From Chrysomallon squamiferum (taxonomy: Eukaryota; Animalia; Mollusca): DNA of 64,000 nucleotides. Under the pieces are notes generated by a model. It was not told the origin of the DNA and ran no database searches. It saw nothing but the letters and a program-made list of their open reading frames with translations. Below, one piece after another: positions 1 to 12,953 of this stretch (the first letter of the stretch is position 1; each line of letters starts with the position of its first letter). The stretch is taken from the NCBI GenBank assembly GCA_012295275.1, contig CM022679.1, forward strand, positions 30,504,001 to 30,568,000. The letters run 5' to 3'. The position numbers and the translations under genes are program-made.

Positions 1-327
1 ACACGAATATTAGACTTAAATCCTGCTCTCTCTTTATAATTCCAAAATGTGAAAAATTGCTACATCCAACACACAAAGTTTTTAAAAAGGGATCCTTAAC
101 CAACACCAACGATATATATATATATCAGGATAACTCCTCAACGAAACTGATAACGAAGGAATAAAATGAAAACAAATATCTTCTTTCAAAGTCACATTTA
201 CTGTTATTGAAAAAAAATGGTCAAGACAAATTAAGGAAAAAAAAATATGATATTTTTTTTTTCTTTTCTTCATCAGAAGCAAACGTATTTTTTTTTTTTT
301 TTTTTTTTTCATTTTTTTTTTTTCCAG

Positions 328-413
328 TGAACCCTCCCATAGGCTGTAAAAACCTGAACTGTGACCTTTTTGCACGAACCAGACATTGTGGCGTCAAACG
401 GCTCCGAGCCTGA
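328..413 (+). CDS. Possible terminal coding exon of an upstream gene (…NPPIGCKNLNCDLFARTRHCGVKRLRA*)
   Basis: Long poly-T tract and ccag acceptor ending at 327. Open non-repetitive, GC-richer frame to TGA 411-413. AATAAA at 473-478. Product not recognised. Confidence 0.4.
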
Positions 414-1297
414 AAGTGTTTCAGACGATCTCGTTGAAATATTGTCACATGACTGTTTATTCTTCCATTTTGAATAAACAGCGCGGAATTATGAAAACAT
501 CGGCGGTTAGTGTCACGTGAAAGATGATGAAAAACGAAGATGTATGAATGTATGTATGTGTTGTTGTTGTTGTTGTGGTGGTTAATTCTGTGACAAGAAA
601 ACAATGAATTCAGTTAACACCGTTTAACGTGACTTCTGCTGTCATACGTTGTTTACAGTTTGTGATGTGTGGTCGTGCAAACGTGTGCTAAACGAGTTTC
701 AGTCTACGTAATTCTGACTGTTTTCTCAGAGTTCGTTTTAATTGTTACTATTTTGTTACTTTCGTTATTATTATTGTTGTCATTATTATTGTTATTGTTA
801 TTATTATTATTGTTATTATTATTATTGTTATTATTGTTGTTGTTGTTGTTGTGTTGTTTTTATTTACGTTGAAATGATTGTTTTTCTTTCTTCTGAAAAC
901 AACAATTTTGATTTAGTTATTTTAATTGTTTATCCAGATAACAAATCACGATTTAAAAAAAATAATAATAATAAAAAAAAAAAAAAAAAAAAAAAAATAA
1001 ACTAAAATTAAAAAATAAAAAATAAAATAAAATAAAGTAAAATAAAAAAATAAAAAATAAGAAATAATAAATAAAATAAAATAAGAACAATAATACTTAT
1101 CAGCGACTCAGTCTTTAGTGCATTTGGTCACGGCATAAATATAATTTATATTATTACAATATAACTATACAATAATTTTTTTTTTTTATTCTTTTTTTAT
1201 TATTATTCTTCTTATTCTTCTTCTTATTATTCTTCTTATTATAATCTATTATTGTATGTAATCATATATATATATCGTATATGTAATTAATCTTATC

Positions 1298-1490
1298 TTG
1301 GTAGTCGAGTCGATTGGTTTCACAATTCACCATGGAGAGCAGGAGTTCTAGGTTCGAGTCTCGTCAGCTACATTTGATATTTGGACCTTGTCTTGTGCCA
1401 CCGCCTAACTGAATATCTGAATTGGATACGTAAAAAGAGTTCTCCATACCATACTGAATGCAGAGTCTAATCAGACATACACAAAACAAA
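1298..1490 (+). mobile_element. tRNA-derived SINE-like element
   Basis: A-box-like TGGTAGTCGAGTCGATTGG and B-box GGTTCGAGTCT (about 1351) followed by a unique body and A-rich tail. The core gttcgagtctc(g/a)tcagc..cat(t/c)tga..tttggac recurs in intron 1 of the peptide-gene units. Confidence 0.5.
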
Positions 1491-1867
1491 AGAATATTAA
1501 TTCCTTAATAATTATATACATACCTAATACTTTACACATTACTTACAAGTAAACAATAATAATAACAATAACAATAATAATAATAACAACAACAACAACA
1601 ACAACAATAATAATAATAATAATAATAATAACAATAACAACAACAGTATCGATACTAACAAGAGTAATAACAATAACAGTAATAACAAAAACCAGAAAGT
1701 ATTTTAACACGGAGTAGCTTTTCTCAGTAAGTGTTATGACTGTATGAGACAAAACGTGTTAAGCTGTAGACCTGTTTATCTACGTGGTAACCTGATAGGT
1801 TGTAGTTTACTTATCTTCTAACACGAAACCAGTCTGAAATTATCTTTAAGTATAGTTCATTTAATAG

Positions 1868-1911
<44 letters not shown>

Positions 1912-2507
1912 AAAAATAATAATAATAAAAAAAAAAAAAATATATATATATATTGTTTTATTTACTTTCATAACTTTGAAGAGTTATTTGTTGAATTTGA
2001 GGAAATAGATATTTATTATTATTGTTGTTGTCGAAATATGGTATATATTGTTTTTTTTTAACAAGATATATTATAAAACTTCAACACAGACAAAAAAAAA
2101 AAACTGTTCTTTTGGTTGGAACGGACAAAAATAAAAAATGGATCAAAGATGAATATGACTGCGTGACAGTAAAATAAAAAAATACAACATCAGCAACAAA
2201 CCGCAACATCGTCATTATACAAATATTTTAACCAGGAACAAACTAAAAAAAAATATGCACAAATATATATAATTAATTTATATCAAGAAAATAAAAAAAA
2301 TATATATTGTTTTCTTTTTCCTGGATCTTTTAGAAAGGTTAAGAGGTAACTAGGGTGACGAACGATACCTTTAACGTACTAACTTTTCTTATCAAAGTAT
2401 TACAACTCGTTATCGCAGTATAAAAACAAAATGTTAGAAGGTTGTTTAGATAACTCACTACAAACAAAAAGACAGCGGACAAGTTGTACACTTTTCAGTG
2501 TGACAGA

Positions 2508-4013
2508 ATGGCGGCAGCGCTGTTTATAGTTTTTTGCTGTTTGGTGGTTGATGTGCTTGGAAAGAAGAACGTTCTCTTTCTCGTGTCCGATGACCTCAGA
2601 CCAGAGCTTGGAATGTACCACGGCAGAGACGCCCCATCTCCCGTTCACCCACGCGTCCACACGCCCAACTTAAACGCTCTTTCTCGAAAAAGTCTTCTTC
2701 TAAAGCGAGCCTACGTGCAGCAAGCTCTGTGCTCTCCCAGCAGAACCTCTCTCCTCACCGGCCGACGTCCCGACACCACGCACGTCTACGACCTCTTCGA
2801 TTACTTCAGAGTGGTCGGTGGCAACTTCACGACGATTCCAGAGTATTTCAAGATGAACGGCTACCGAACTATCGGCGTTGGGAAGATATTTCATTCGGGT
2901 GAGGCTTCGGGATGGGACGACCCCATTTCTTGGACGGACCCTTACGTGCAAGTCCCGCCTGTTCGAGAATACAAAGATGGAAACAGCTGGAGAGCAGTGC
3001 CAGAGTCTGAGTGGACCAGGGTGCCGCTGCGAGACACTCGAATAGCCAATCAAGGAATCGAGGCTCTAAGGAAAGTCGCAGCCAAAGCCAAGAGCGGAGA
3101 ACAACCTTTCTTTGTGGCAGTCGGACTGCACAAACCTCATTTACCTTTTGTGTTTCCTGACAAATTTCTCAAGTATTACCCAGAGGATTCTGTTCAGCTG
3201 CCTCCTAATCCTTATGCTCCGAAGGACATGCCTCCCATCGCCTGGTCCACCTACCACGAACTCATCAGCTACAACGACATATCTGCTCTGAATGTAAACG
3301 GGGCTATTGACACGACGTTACCAAACGACACGGTGCTGGCTTTAAGACGGGCTTACTACAGCGCCGTCACCTACATGGACTACGAAATGGGAAGAGTTCT
3401 CGATGAACTGGATAATCTCGGATTAGCTAACAACACAATCGTTTCTTTCTTCGGAGATCACGGCTGGCAGCTCGGTGAACACGGCGAGTGGTGCAAACAC
3501 ACCAATTTTGAAATCGCTACGCATGCGCCGATGATGATTCACGTTCCTGGTCTGACGGACAACGGAATTGTAACAGAACGTCTCACGGAGTTCGTTGACC
3601 TGTTTCCAACTCTAGCAGAAGCTGCTGGTTTGCCTCCTTTACCAGAATGTCCCGTTCATTCAGCAGACGTGGGTCTGTGCAGAGAAGGAACGAGTCTGGT
3701 TCCTCTCATGAAGGATCCTCGAGCGAAATGGAAAACTGCGGCGTTTTCTCAGTACCCGAGACGTAACTCGAGGATAATGGGCTACACGATGCGGACTGAA
3801 CGGCACAGGTACACGGAGTGGGTCAGGTTTAACGAGTATCCTTTCTACGAACCTAAGTGGGACACGCTGTTCGGGATCGAACTTTACGATCACCGCACAG
3901 ACCCCGAAGAAAATGTCAACCTCATCAACGATGCGAGACACAGTCACTTACGTCATCAACTGAGAAACCAGCTCAGAGCAGGCTGGCGGTCGGCGGTACC
4001 CGGATCGAAATAA
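2508..4013 (+). CDS. IDS: Iduronate 2-sulfatase-like formylglycine-dependent sulfatase, 501 aa, single coding exon, with signal peptide
   Basis: ATG at 2508 follows a cttttcag acceptor (2497-2498). Hydrophobic N-terminus MAAALFIVFCCLVVDVLG. Motifs NVLFLVSDDLRP, CSPSRTSLLTG (CxPxR active site), GYRTIGVGKIFH, HKPHLPF, GDHGWQLGEHGEWCKHTNF and ELYDHRTDPEEN are typical of IDS-family sulfatases. Orthology versus paralogy is not established. Confidence 0.93.
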   Translation: MAAALFIVFCCLVVDVLGKKNVLFLVSDDLRPELGMYHGRDAPSPVHPRVHTPNLNALSRKSLLLKRAYVQQALCSPSRTSLLTGRRPDTTHVYDLFDYFRVVGGNFTTIPEYFKMNGYRTIGVGKIFHSGEASGWDDPISWTDPYVQVPPVREYKDGNSWRAVPESEWTRVPLRDTRIANQGIEALRKVAAKAKSGEQPFFVAVGLHKPHLPFVFPDKFLKYYPEDSVQLPPNPYAPKDMPPIAWSTYHELISYNDISALNVNGAIDTTLPNDTVLALRRAYYSAVTYMDYEMGRVLDELDNLGLANNTIVSFFGDHGWQLGEHGEWCKHTNFEIATHAPMMIHVPGLTDNGIVTERLTEFVDLFPTLAEAAGLPPLPECPVHSADVGLCREGTSLVPLMKDPRAKWKTAAFSQYPRRNSRIMGYTMRTERHRYTEWVRFNEYPFYEPKWDTLFGIELYDHRTDPEENVNLINDARHSHLRHQLRNQLRAGWRSAVPGSK

Positions 4014-5136
4014 TGTGACGTCATTTTTTTTATTTGATTGTTCTTACGTCATAGCTTTGATTAAAAACATTTCAGCGTTTAACACTGTCTTGAAGGGAAA
4101 TAGCTTCATAATTACTACATGAAATATTTTGTATATTATGCAAGATACGACAGAAAAATCAACAAATAAAATGTTTAGAAGCTTATAATGGTATTTTTAA
4201 ACTGATGAAATTCACGTCTTTGTGGAATGTTGACGCTGTAAATGTTTTCTTATTAAAGGCGTCTGATTTAATCTGATAATTAGAACCGATTTATTCACAC
4301 ACTGCAACACATCGATAATTTTGTATAACCAAGAAAACAACAACAACAACGACAAAAAATCAGTTTAGAAAGAAAACTAGAGAATGACATTAAAGCAAGT
4401 ACAAACGTGCTTTGTTTATTAATTCTGTATTTCTCTTGACGTATAGGTATTGTTGAATGTATGATTCGTTTCAAAATAAAATTCTTTTTTACGTATGCAT
4501 CCAGTTATTTTAACTAATATGTGGATAAATTAGTATTTTTTCCTTTTCAAAAAAAATTGTTATGAGATATTCATGTTCATACACTGAACAAATGACAAGC
4601 ACGTAATTACCAGTTAGAAAAATTATAAAAAATATTGAAACGTAATTTGAAATGTTGTTTGTTTGTTTTGTTTTGTTTTTTGTTTACTGGTTTATTCATT
4701 TATTTGTTTATTTGTTTATTTGTTTATTTATGTATTTATTTATTATCCTATTACCTTATTTATTTATATATTTATTTATTTTTCATTATTTGTTTGTTTG
4801 TTTGTTTGTTTATTTATTTATTACTTTATTTATTTAGTGTGTGTAGGGTAATAGTTTTTATAACATAATTATTCATTCTGATCAGGTTACATCAGTCACT
4901 TAAACATCTGTACTCTTGTTTCTGCAGTGTGTAGAATATCCTGTCCTTCTGACTCATTCCAGTCAAAGTCTCGCAAGACCTAAATTAACAAAAAATCGAA
5001 TAAAATTATTTTCCAGTTTATTTCTGTGAAATGCCAAAATAAAGGAGATAAAACCCATATGGCATTTCCCGACAATTAGCTGACAGTGTGTCTGCATATA
5101 TCATGTCCCATTGAGCGACATAATTTTCCTAGATAA

Positions 5137-5169
<33 letters not shown>

Positions 5170-6218
5170 TGAAAAAAGAATGAAAGAAAGAAAGAAAAAA
5201 AACAAGGAAAAGAAGAAGAACAAATTTCTAAAATCTATATATATATTTACAAAAATACATTCTTTCTAAGATGTCTGCTAAAAGCCTCGGATCCTCAATT
5301 TGTCAAAATAAAATTCTGTATCGAAATATTTCAGTTAAGATTTAGCAGATAAACAAACAGTCAAATATTCTCGTAACTGTACCGAGACATACAACTTTTA
5401 CTTAACTGTAAGAAAATAGGAATTATTAAAAAAATAAAATAAAATAAAATAAAAATAAAAACAAAAAACAACAAACATAAATCGAAAGAATTCAAAGTTT
5501 CATTACAATTTGATGACAGTAGAATAAAATTGAAGTACACTAGTGAAAACAAAACTGAAATACAAGGGACGTAACTCTTGCATGGTTAAATCTTCAGTCC
5601 AGAACGATTAATGAGTGTTGCAGATACTTCTTATTATGATGGATTCTGACAGTATTCAAGAAAGCAAAAGCTTAGATGTGGTTATTGTGACAGAGTGTGT
5701 GTTAAAAATATATCCAGACATATTAATGAGAGTCATCATAAATATATAAATTTCCCTTTTCGTAACATGATTTGTGTTCCCAAATATTGTCTGTCTGGAG
5801 AGTCTAATCATATAAATAAAATATTTCTAAATTCATACATAAACCCATATATCCATAAGTACAGAAATATATACTTTCATATATATATATATATATATGG
5901 ATTGTGACATTCATAAATATAAACTTACATTCGCATATACACACACACACATTTAAAGAAGCATTCATACTTACACACATACATGCATACAGACAAACAT
6001 TAAACTGTAATTAAATTAGTTGTATTGGTACTAATAGTGATCATTATAACTAGAGGTAGCAGTATTTCTAATAATAACAGTGGATGTGGTAATAGTAATA
6101 GTTATATTAGTAGTTGTAGTAATACTAATCTTACTACTACTACTAATAGAACTAATAGTTGCAGTAATAATAATTATAGAATTAGTAGTAGTAGCAGTAG
6201 CAGCAGCAGTAGTAGTAA

Positions 6219-6256
<38 letters not shown>

Positions 6257-6273
6257 CTGTCTCATTGTCTTAC

Positions 6274-6368
6274 ATGCAGTATTTAACACAGTTTTCAACA
6301 TTCTCACAGGTTGCCATGGTGATGTTTCCCAACAAAAACAACACGAAAAAAAGTCTGCAGGCTTCCAT
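6274..6368 (-). CDS. First coding exon of MEACRL-type secreted Cys peptide, copy A (MEACRLFFVLFLLGNITMATCENVENCVKYC); downstream exons unresolved, possibly a pseudogene
   Basis: Minus strand reads ccag|gttacaATG, then 31 codons + AT, then a gtaaga donor. It is an inverted paralog of 10280-10371. A non-coding first exon ends at 8277 (gtaagt donor) with TATATAAA at 8317-8324 (-). Confidence 0.75.
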
Positions 6369-6524
6369 TGTAACCTGGTTTTATTTTACTTGTTAAAACA
6401 GTAAAAAATCCAGTTTCCTTACACCAGATGTTTGTTTTCATAAACTAATTTTTTATAATAAAAATAGGAACTCACTGAAAGTGAATTTGTTTGGCTGATA
6501 CATGTATGGTAGTAGCTGTAGTAA

Positions 6525-6590
<66 letters not shown>

Positions 6591-6951
6591 ATAGTAGTAG
6601 TAGTAGAAGAAGATGTTGTAGTAGTAGTAGTAGTAGTAATGATAGTAGTGGGTTTCAGTATAAACAGACACAGAAGAGTACAAAGATTCAGACGGTTTTG
6701 TGTGAACTGGAAAATTAAACACATCACGATTATTAAATATTAACATGTTCTCTCAGAGTCAATAGAAAATAAAATAAATTAAATAACAAAAGACATCAAA
6801 TTCAGTAAACATTATGTACTCACACCATTTCTTTACACAGAGATTTTTATTATTATTATTATTTTATTTTGTTTACTTTTGTTCACTTATTTATTTATAT
6901 TTATTATCTATCTATCTATCTATCTATCTGTCTGTCTATCTATATATTTAT

Positions 6952-6985
<34 letters not shown>

Positions 6986-7002
6986 CTCTATCTATCTATC
7001 TA

Positions 7003-7099
<97 letters not shown>

Positions 7100-7893
7100 C
7101 TATCTATATATCTATTTGTTCTGCTGCTGTAAGGTTCTGTGTTTACAGATGTTTTAACAATAACAAACAAACACACATCTGTGTCAGGTTGTCAGACTAT
7201 TCATCCCTTTACACACATGACGCACACCTCAGTACCACGAACAATACACTTACTGTTGTTATAATCTGTAACCAGTTAATACAAATAAAACAAATTACTA
7301 AAACGATTAACAATTATTGTTTATATACTGTTAACCTTTGTTTCCAAGAAACGCTTTGTGGCCGAATCAGATCACGGAAATAACCTAGTTTTCGGGATTT
7401 TGACAGAATACGACAGTTTTGGAGAATTATGTTAAATTTATATTATCTACTATATGTGATAGAATTAGCAGTGATAGCTCAGGTAATGGTATGAAATAAC
7501 AATAGAAATAACGGTAGTAATATTAGAAGTAGTAGTAGTAGTGTAGTAATAATAATAAGCTGTAGTGGTAGCAGCAGCAGTAATAGTAGGTAGCAGTAGA
7601 AGTAATAGTAGTAATAGTAGTAGTAGTAGTAGTAGTTATAGTATTAGTAGTAGTAGTAACAGGTAGAGAAGGAAACACTGGCATAACGTTGTGCTTTTAA
7701 AAGCTATTACTAAAAGACACATGTCACACAATAAAGGACTGTTGGACCGACTTACAAATATCTCATATATCAAAAAAATGCATCCAGTATAAATATGTAC
7801 ATATCTTTATTTACATAAATAAATTTATTAATAGACAGAGAGAACCAAAGGAGACAAAAGAGCTATATATAAATACACATATATATAAAATGC

Positions 7894-7944
<51 letters not shown>

Positions 7945-7967
7945 TATATATATATATATACATACAT

Positions 7968-8024
<57 letters not shown>

Positions 8025-8029
8025 CAGAC

Positions 8030-8088
<59 letters not shown>

Positions 8089-8276
8089 TAATATGTTTTT
8101 ATTTGTCTATATCATGTTTCTCCTCTTAATATAAAAAATATATTTATCCATTATATCATTCATTTATTTATCCGATTATTTATACTGATACACAAAATAT
8201 TTTTTTTTTTCTAAAGAAGAAGAAAACTTTGAAAAATAAATTAAATAATTGGATTTAAAAAATTCATAATACTTAC

Positions 8277-8324
8277 CGAATTTCTTTCCAAATATATTTT
8301 GTGTCTGATGCCATTCTTTATATA
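8277..8324 (-). promoter_or_regulatory. TATA box and short non-coding first exon of copy A
   Basis: Reverse complement is agaaagTATATAAAgaatggcatcagacacaaaatatatttggaaagaaattcg|gtaagt, matching 9736-9810 on the + strand. Confidence 0.65.
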
Positions 8325-8681
8325 CTTTCTAAAATAATAATTCAAGTTAACACCTGCGTAGTTTTATCAGAAAGAGGAGACACTATCAGAGTTTGTCATT
8401 TGAAAATGATTAATTGAAATAATTGGCTAAGATTATATCTCTTGTTTTTTATAAAAAAATAACAAAAATAATTATGATTTGAAAGATAATTGTTCATCTT
8501 TTGAAGATGGTTGGTTGAATTAATTGACTACGGTGGTTTCTTTTGTTGTTATTAATAAGTACAAAAGAATAATAATATAAAATAATAAAAAATAAAATAA
8601 ATAAAAGTGAAAAAGTTGCTTTTATTCTAAAAGAATAATTATATAATAATAAAAAATAAAATGGGGTAAAATGGGGTATAT

Positions 8682-9270
8682 GTCTTGAAATGGGGTAAAT
8701 TACAAGAACAGGAGAAATTGTAACATATCACATATTCACAGCAATTTATTTTAATTATAACAACATGTAATGCTTATTTATTATATTCAATTAATATTTA
8801 ATAATAATATTAATAATAATAATAATAATAGTAGTAGTAGTAGTAGTAGTAGTAGTTATAACAAAATAAATCAGATTATTTGGCTAATATTTTGACAAAC
8901 TTACATGTATTCAGTTTCAATACATTTTCAACCTGTGCAGTTTTCTTTCACTTAATAACTGAATTTTTTTTTTTGTTCTGTTTTCAGATATCATGAATCC
9001 ATGTACGTTGTTTATTAAATGATTGTTTTCTGAACAATGTAACAGCAGTGACGAGTTTTACATACATTAGTAAATAAACACCTGCACTGAAGTAGTATTC
9101 GTTGGGTTTTCTTTTCTTTAATCGTTTAAAAAAAAAAAAAAAAAAAATCGTTTATTTGTTGTCGAGAGATTTTTTCGTGAGATATCTTTAAGTAACTTAG
9201 ACCTAAGTCAAGACCCTGGTGACAAGCAATTAATGTCTTCGTCTTAATTCATTAATTGTTGTTTCATCAA
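8682..9270 (+). pseudogene. Orphan 3' end (partial penultimate exon, intron, last exon) of a MEACRL-type gene
   Basis: Paralogous to about 12447-13140: gtcttgaaa(t/a)gggg-taaat, aaatcagattatt, ttttgacaaactta, a ttttcag acceptor, AATAAA and cactgaagta..ttcgttg. No + strand upstream exons were found. Confidence 0.55.
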
Positions 9271-9741
9271 AGAGCATCTTGATAATTTAAAAACAAAATT
9301 TATAATTTTGTTTTTATGACAACTTTAATGAACAGTGATTAATTGTATCACTGGGTTATTGTGATTCAGATGTAAGGAACATTTTCAGAAGAAATCTCTT
9401 ATTTGTTTTTGTTTTTTACGTTTTGGACTTGCTTCTTATCTTTTGTTACATACACTTACATTCTCCGATTATTTTAGGCTTTGTTACTAGACCATAATAA
9501 CAAGAACATATTAAATATTCTCAGTATGCTGTTGGTTGTAAAGTAGATTGTGCTATTTTAGAATAGCAGCAGATTTTGTTTTCTGATTCTTTTGTACTTG
9601 TTAACAATTCAACGAACCACTTTCAATAGACGAACAATTATCTTTCAGATCATAATTATTTTTATTATTCTTTTGTACTTATTAATTATAATGATAACTG
9701 ATAAAGAGCACAGGTGTTGAATTCATTGTTATTTTAGAAAG

Positions 9742-9804
9742 TATAAAAAGAATGGCAGGAGGCACGTCAACATCAGACAGAAAATATATCTGGAAAGAAA
9801 TTCG
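9742..9804 (+). promoter_or_regulatory. TATA box and non-coding first exon of copy B
   Basis: TATAAAA at 9742-9748, an initiator-like TCAGA about 30 nt downstream, and a CG|gtaagt donor at 9805. Confidence 0.7.
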
Positions 9805-10075
9805 GTAAGTATTATGAACTTTTATGTAGAATTATTTAATTTCTTTTTCACATTTTTGTTCTTCTCAAAAAAAGAAAAAAAAAAAAAAAAAAAAAAGAAG
9901 AAAGAAATATTAAGAAAGAGTGTATCTATAAAAGAAAGTTTAAAGAAAAAAGATGATTGTTTATTAAGATAAATAATCTGATAAATAAATGAATGTTGTG
10001 GTGGATAAATATATATCTATATTAATATTTTTATATTAAGAGGAGAAACGTGACATTGACAAATAAAAACATTAT

Positions 10076-10160
<85 letters not shown>

Positions 10161-10279
10161 TTGTCTATATTCTTTCGTTCTCTCTACCTAATGATATATT
10201 TATTTGTGTAAATAAAAATATCTGATAAAAGGAAACTGGGATTTTGTCTTTTTTAGCAGCCAAATAAAACCAGATTACA

Positions 10280-11018
10280 ATGGAAGCCTGCAGACTGATG
10301 TTTGTGTTGCTTTTGCTGGGAACCATCTCCATGGCAACCTGCGATATTATGATATGCACTATGAATTGCGTGTAAGAAACATTTTGTTTATTGTGTTCAT
10401 ATAATAAGGTATTATTGCTACTACTATTGCCTTAACATCATCAAGAACAACAACTGTTATTACTATTACCTCTAATATTATACATATTACTACTGCAACT
10501 GCTATTCCAACATAATCATCAACAATAACTATTACTACTATTACAACAATTACTTCTAATATGACATATTCTACTACTGTTACTACTACTGCTACTACTA
10601 CTACAAAATGTGCTGCTGCTGCTTCTAATAATACTCTTATTACTGTTATCAATATTACTACTTCTAAACTACTACCGTTACTATTACTACTGCTGTTTCT
10701 ACTATTACTGCTGTTACGCTGATAATACTACTATTGCAAGAACTATTGCAAACACACATTAATACTATATAGTGTTTCTAAGCTGATTTCTATTTATTAT
10801 TATTATGTCTATATTTATTTTTGGTTCTATTTTTTCAAAAGGGACCGCATCTATGGGAGCTTCCGCCGGTTCGTATAACAGTAATTTCTGCGATTATATC
10901 TTTCGACTTACGTTGCAGTAACGTAAGAAAAATACGCATTCTAAATCTTTTCGTTACTATCATTAGAGACACGAGAACGTTGAACCATTCATTTTTTTTA
11001 TTTTCTAATGAGACTTCG

Positions 11019-11053
<35 letters not shown>

Positions 11054-11895
11054 AAAGCATAACATATTTGAAATAATGACCTACATTTCATTAGAGAATT
11101 ACGAACGAAGTTGATGATTCTGAATAAATTATAGCTCGTATGTACGTGTATAAAGTTTTCTTGGAAACAGAAACTGTCACTGTACAGACTATCGTATACA
11201 GATTTCTTGTATACATCAGTTAGTATGTATGTATTTGCCTCGGATTTGTAAAGTGGAAACGAAATGGGATTTTTAAAGTGTTGTTCTGTGTTTAATAGGA
11301 AGAGAAAAGCATTTTAATTCTTGTAGTTTTTGTGTAACTTCAATTCATTGAAATTCGTTCGAATTTAGCAAAAAAAAAAAAAAAAAAAAATGAATTACGT
11401 TGTGAATAATGATGACCATAATGATGATGATGATGATGAAAATAATAATGATGATATAATAATAAAAATAACGATGATGATTATAATAACAGTAATAATA
11501 ACTGAAGTAATAATAATAATACCAAAACAATATAAATAATGATTATTTTGGTACAAATACTTTGATGAAGAATAATATGAAATTGTTTTATAATTTTTCT
11601 TTTCAAGGATCCACCGTTTTCCTTATGATTCGTAAGTATGGTAAAGAATATTTGTGTAGATGTGCGTATGTGAGTAGATATATATATATGTAAATATGTA
11701 CGAATGTATATGTATGCATGTGTTTCTTTACGTATACATATGTACGTATCTATATATATATTTATATGTATATTTGTGTACATATGAGTGTATGTATGTA
11801 TGTAAATGTTCATGTAGATGTGTGTATGTATATATGTGTATATGTGTGTCTGTGTATATATATATATGTTTTTTATATTACATATGTGTGTATAC

Positions 11896-11943
<48 letters not shown>

Positions 11944-11965
11944 ATATTACATATGTGTGTATGTT

Positions 11966-12061
<96 letters not shown>

Positions 12062-12119
12062 GGTCCATGAATGTACATATGTAAATAAGTATGTATTTAA
12101 GTAAGAAACTAAGTATATA

Positions 12120-12150
<31 letters not shown>

Positions 12151-12768
12151 GTATGCATGTATGGATGTATGTAAATAAGTATGTATTTAAGTAAGAAACT
12201 AAGAATATATGTGTGTGTGTGTATATATATATATATACGTATGCATGCATGTATGTATGTATGTATGTATGTATGTATGTATCTATTTACAACATGTTTC
12301 AACACTTAGATCGCAACATCCAACTTTGTGAAGATTAGTTTGGTCAGTTAGAGTTTAGAGCTAAAAGACTTCTCTGATCATCTACATTGCAAATTCTTGT
12401 GTTGTTCATTCCAGATACCCAGAAAGATGCCGCAAATATTGTGAACGTCTTGAAAAGGGGTAAATACAAATTAGAGTAATATTTTACCATGAGAAACTAA
12501 TATTACTTATATCCACAATAATTTGTTTCATTATAACAACCTTTGAATGTTTATTGTTACACAACAACATCAACAACAACAACAATAATAATAGTAGTAG
12601 TAATACTAGTAGTAGTAGTAATAATAATAATAATAATAATAATAGTAAATAGTAGTAGTAGTAGTAGTAGTAATAATAATAGTAATAATAATGATAATAG
12701 TAATAGTAGTAGTAGCAGTAATATTAGTAGGAGTAGTACTAATAATAATATAATAATAATAATAATAA

Positions 12769-12815
<47 letters not shown>

Positions 12816-12953
12816 ATATAACAAATCAGATTATTTTAATAATGTTTTGACAAACTTACCATTCTTTGAATTTCAGATGTATTTTTTCACTTGACAACTG
12901 AAATGTCTTTTTTCATTTTCAGAGAGAAAGTGTCATTTTATGACGTTTTATGA
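10280..12953 (+). CDS. MEACRL-type secreted CxxxC/CxxxC peptide, copy B, about 72 aa: MEACRLMFVLLLLGTISMATCDIMICTMNCVDRIYGSFRRIHRFPYDSYPERCRKYCERLEKGEKVSFYDVL
   Basis: Exons 10280-10371, 10842-10868 (27 nt), 11608-11631 (24 nt), 12415-12459 (45 nt) and 12923-12953. All are AG/GT-bounded and phase 2, and they join into an open frame. AATAAA at 12990. An optional in-frame 48-nt exon 11171-11218 is uncertain. Read-through of the 12460 donor would end the peptide at ...EKG* (12463). Confidence 0.72.

Noticed and set aside
1298-1375. tRNA gene
   Set aside because: Has A/B-box-like motifs but no convincing cloverleaf; better explained as a SINE head.
2700-3947. Antisense ORFs inside the sulfatase
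   Set aside because: Shadow ORFs of a GC-richer CDS.
4890-6004. Candidate downstream exons for minus-strand copy A (acceptors near 6004, 5405, 5128, 4979)
   Set aside because: They could not be joined into one convincing model. The CMHVC match at 5975-6004 may come from TGTA-like repeats.
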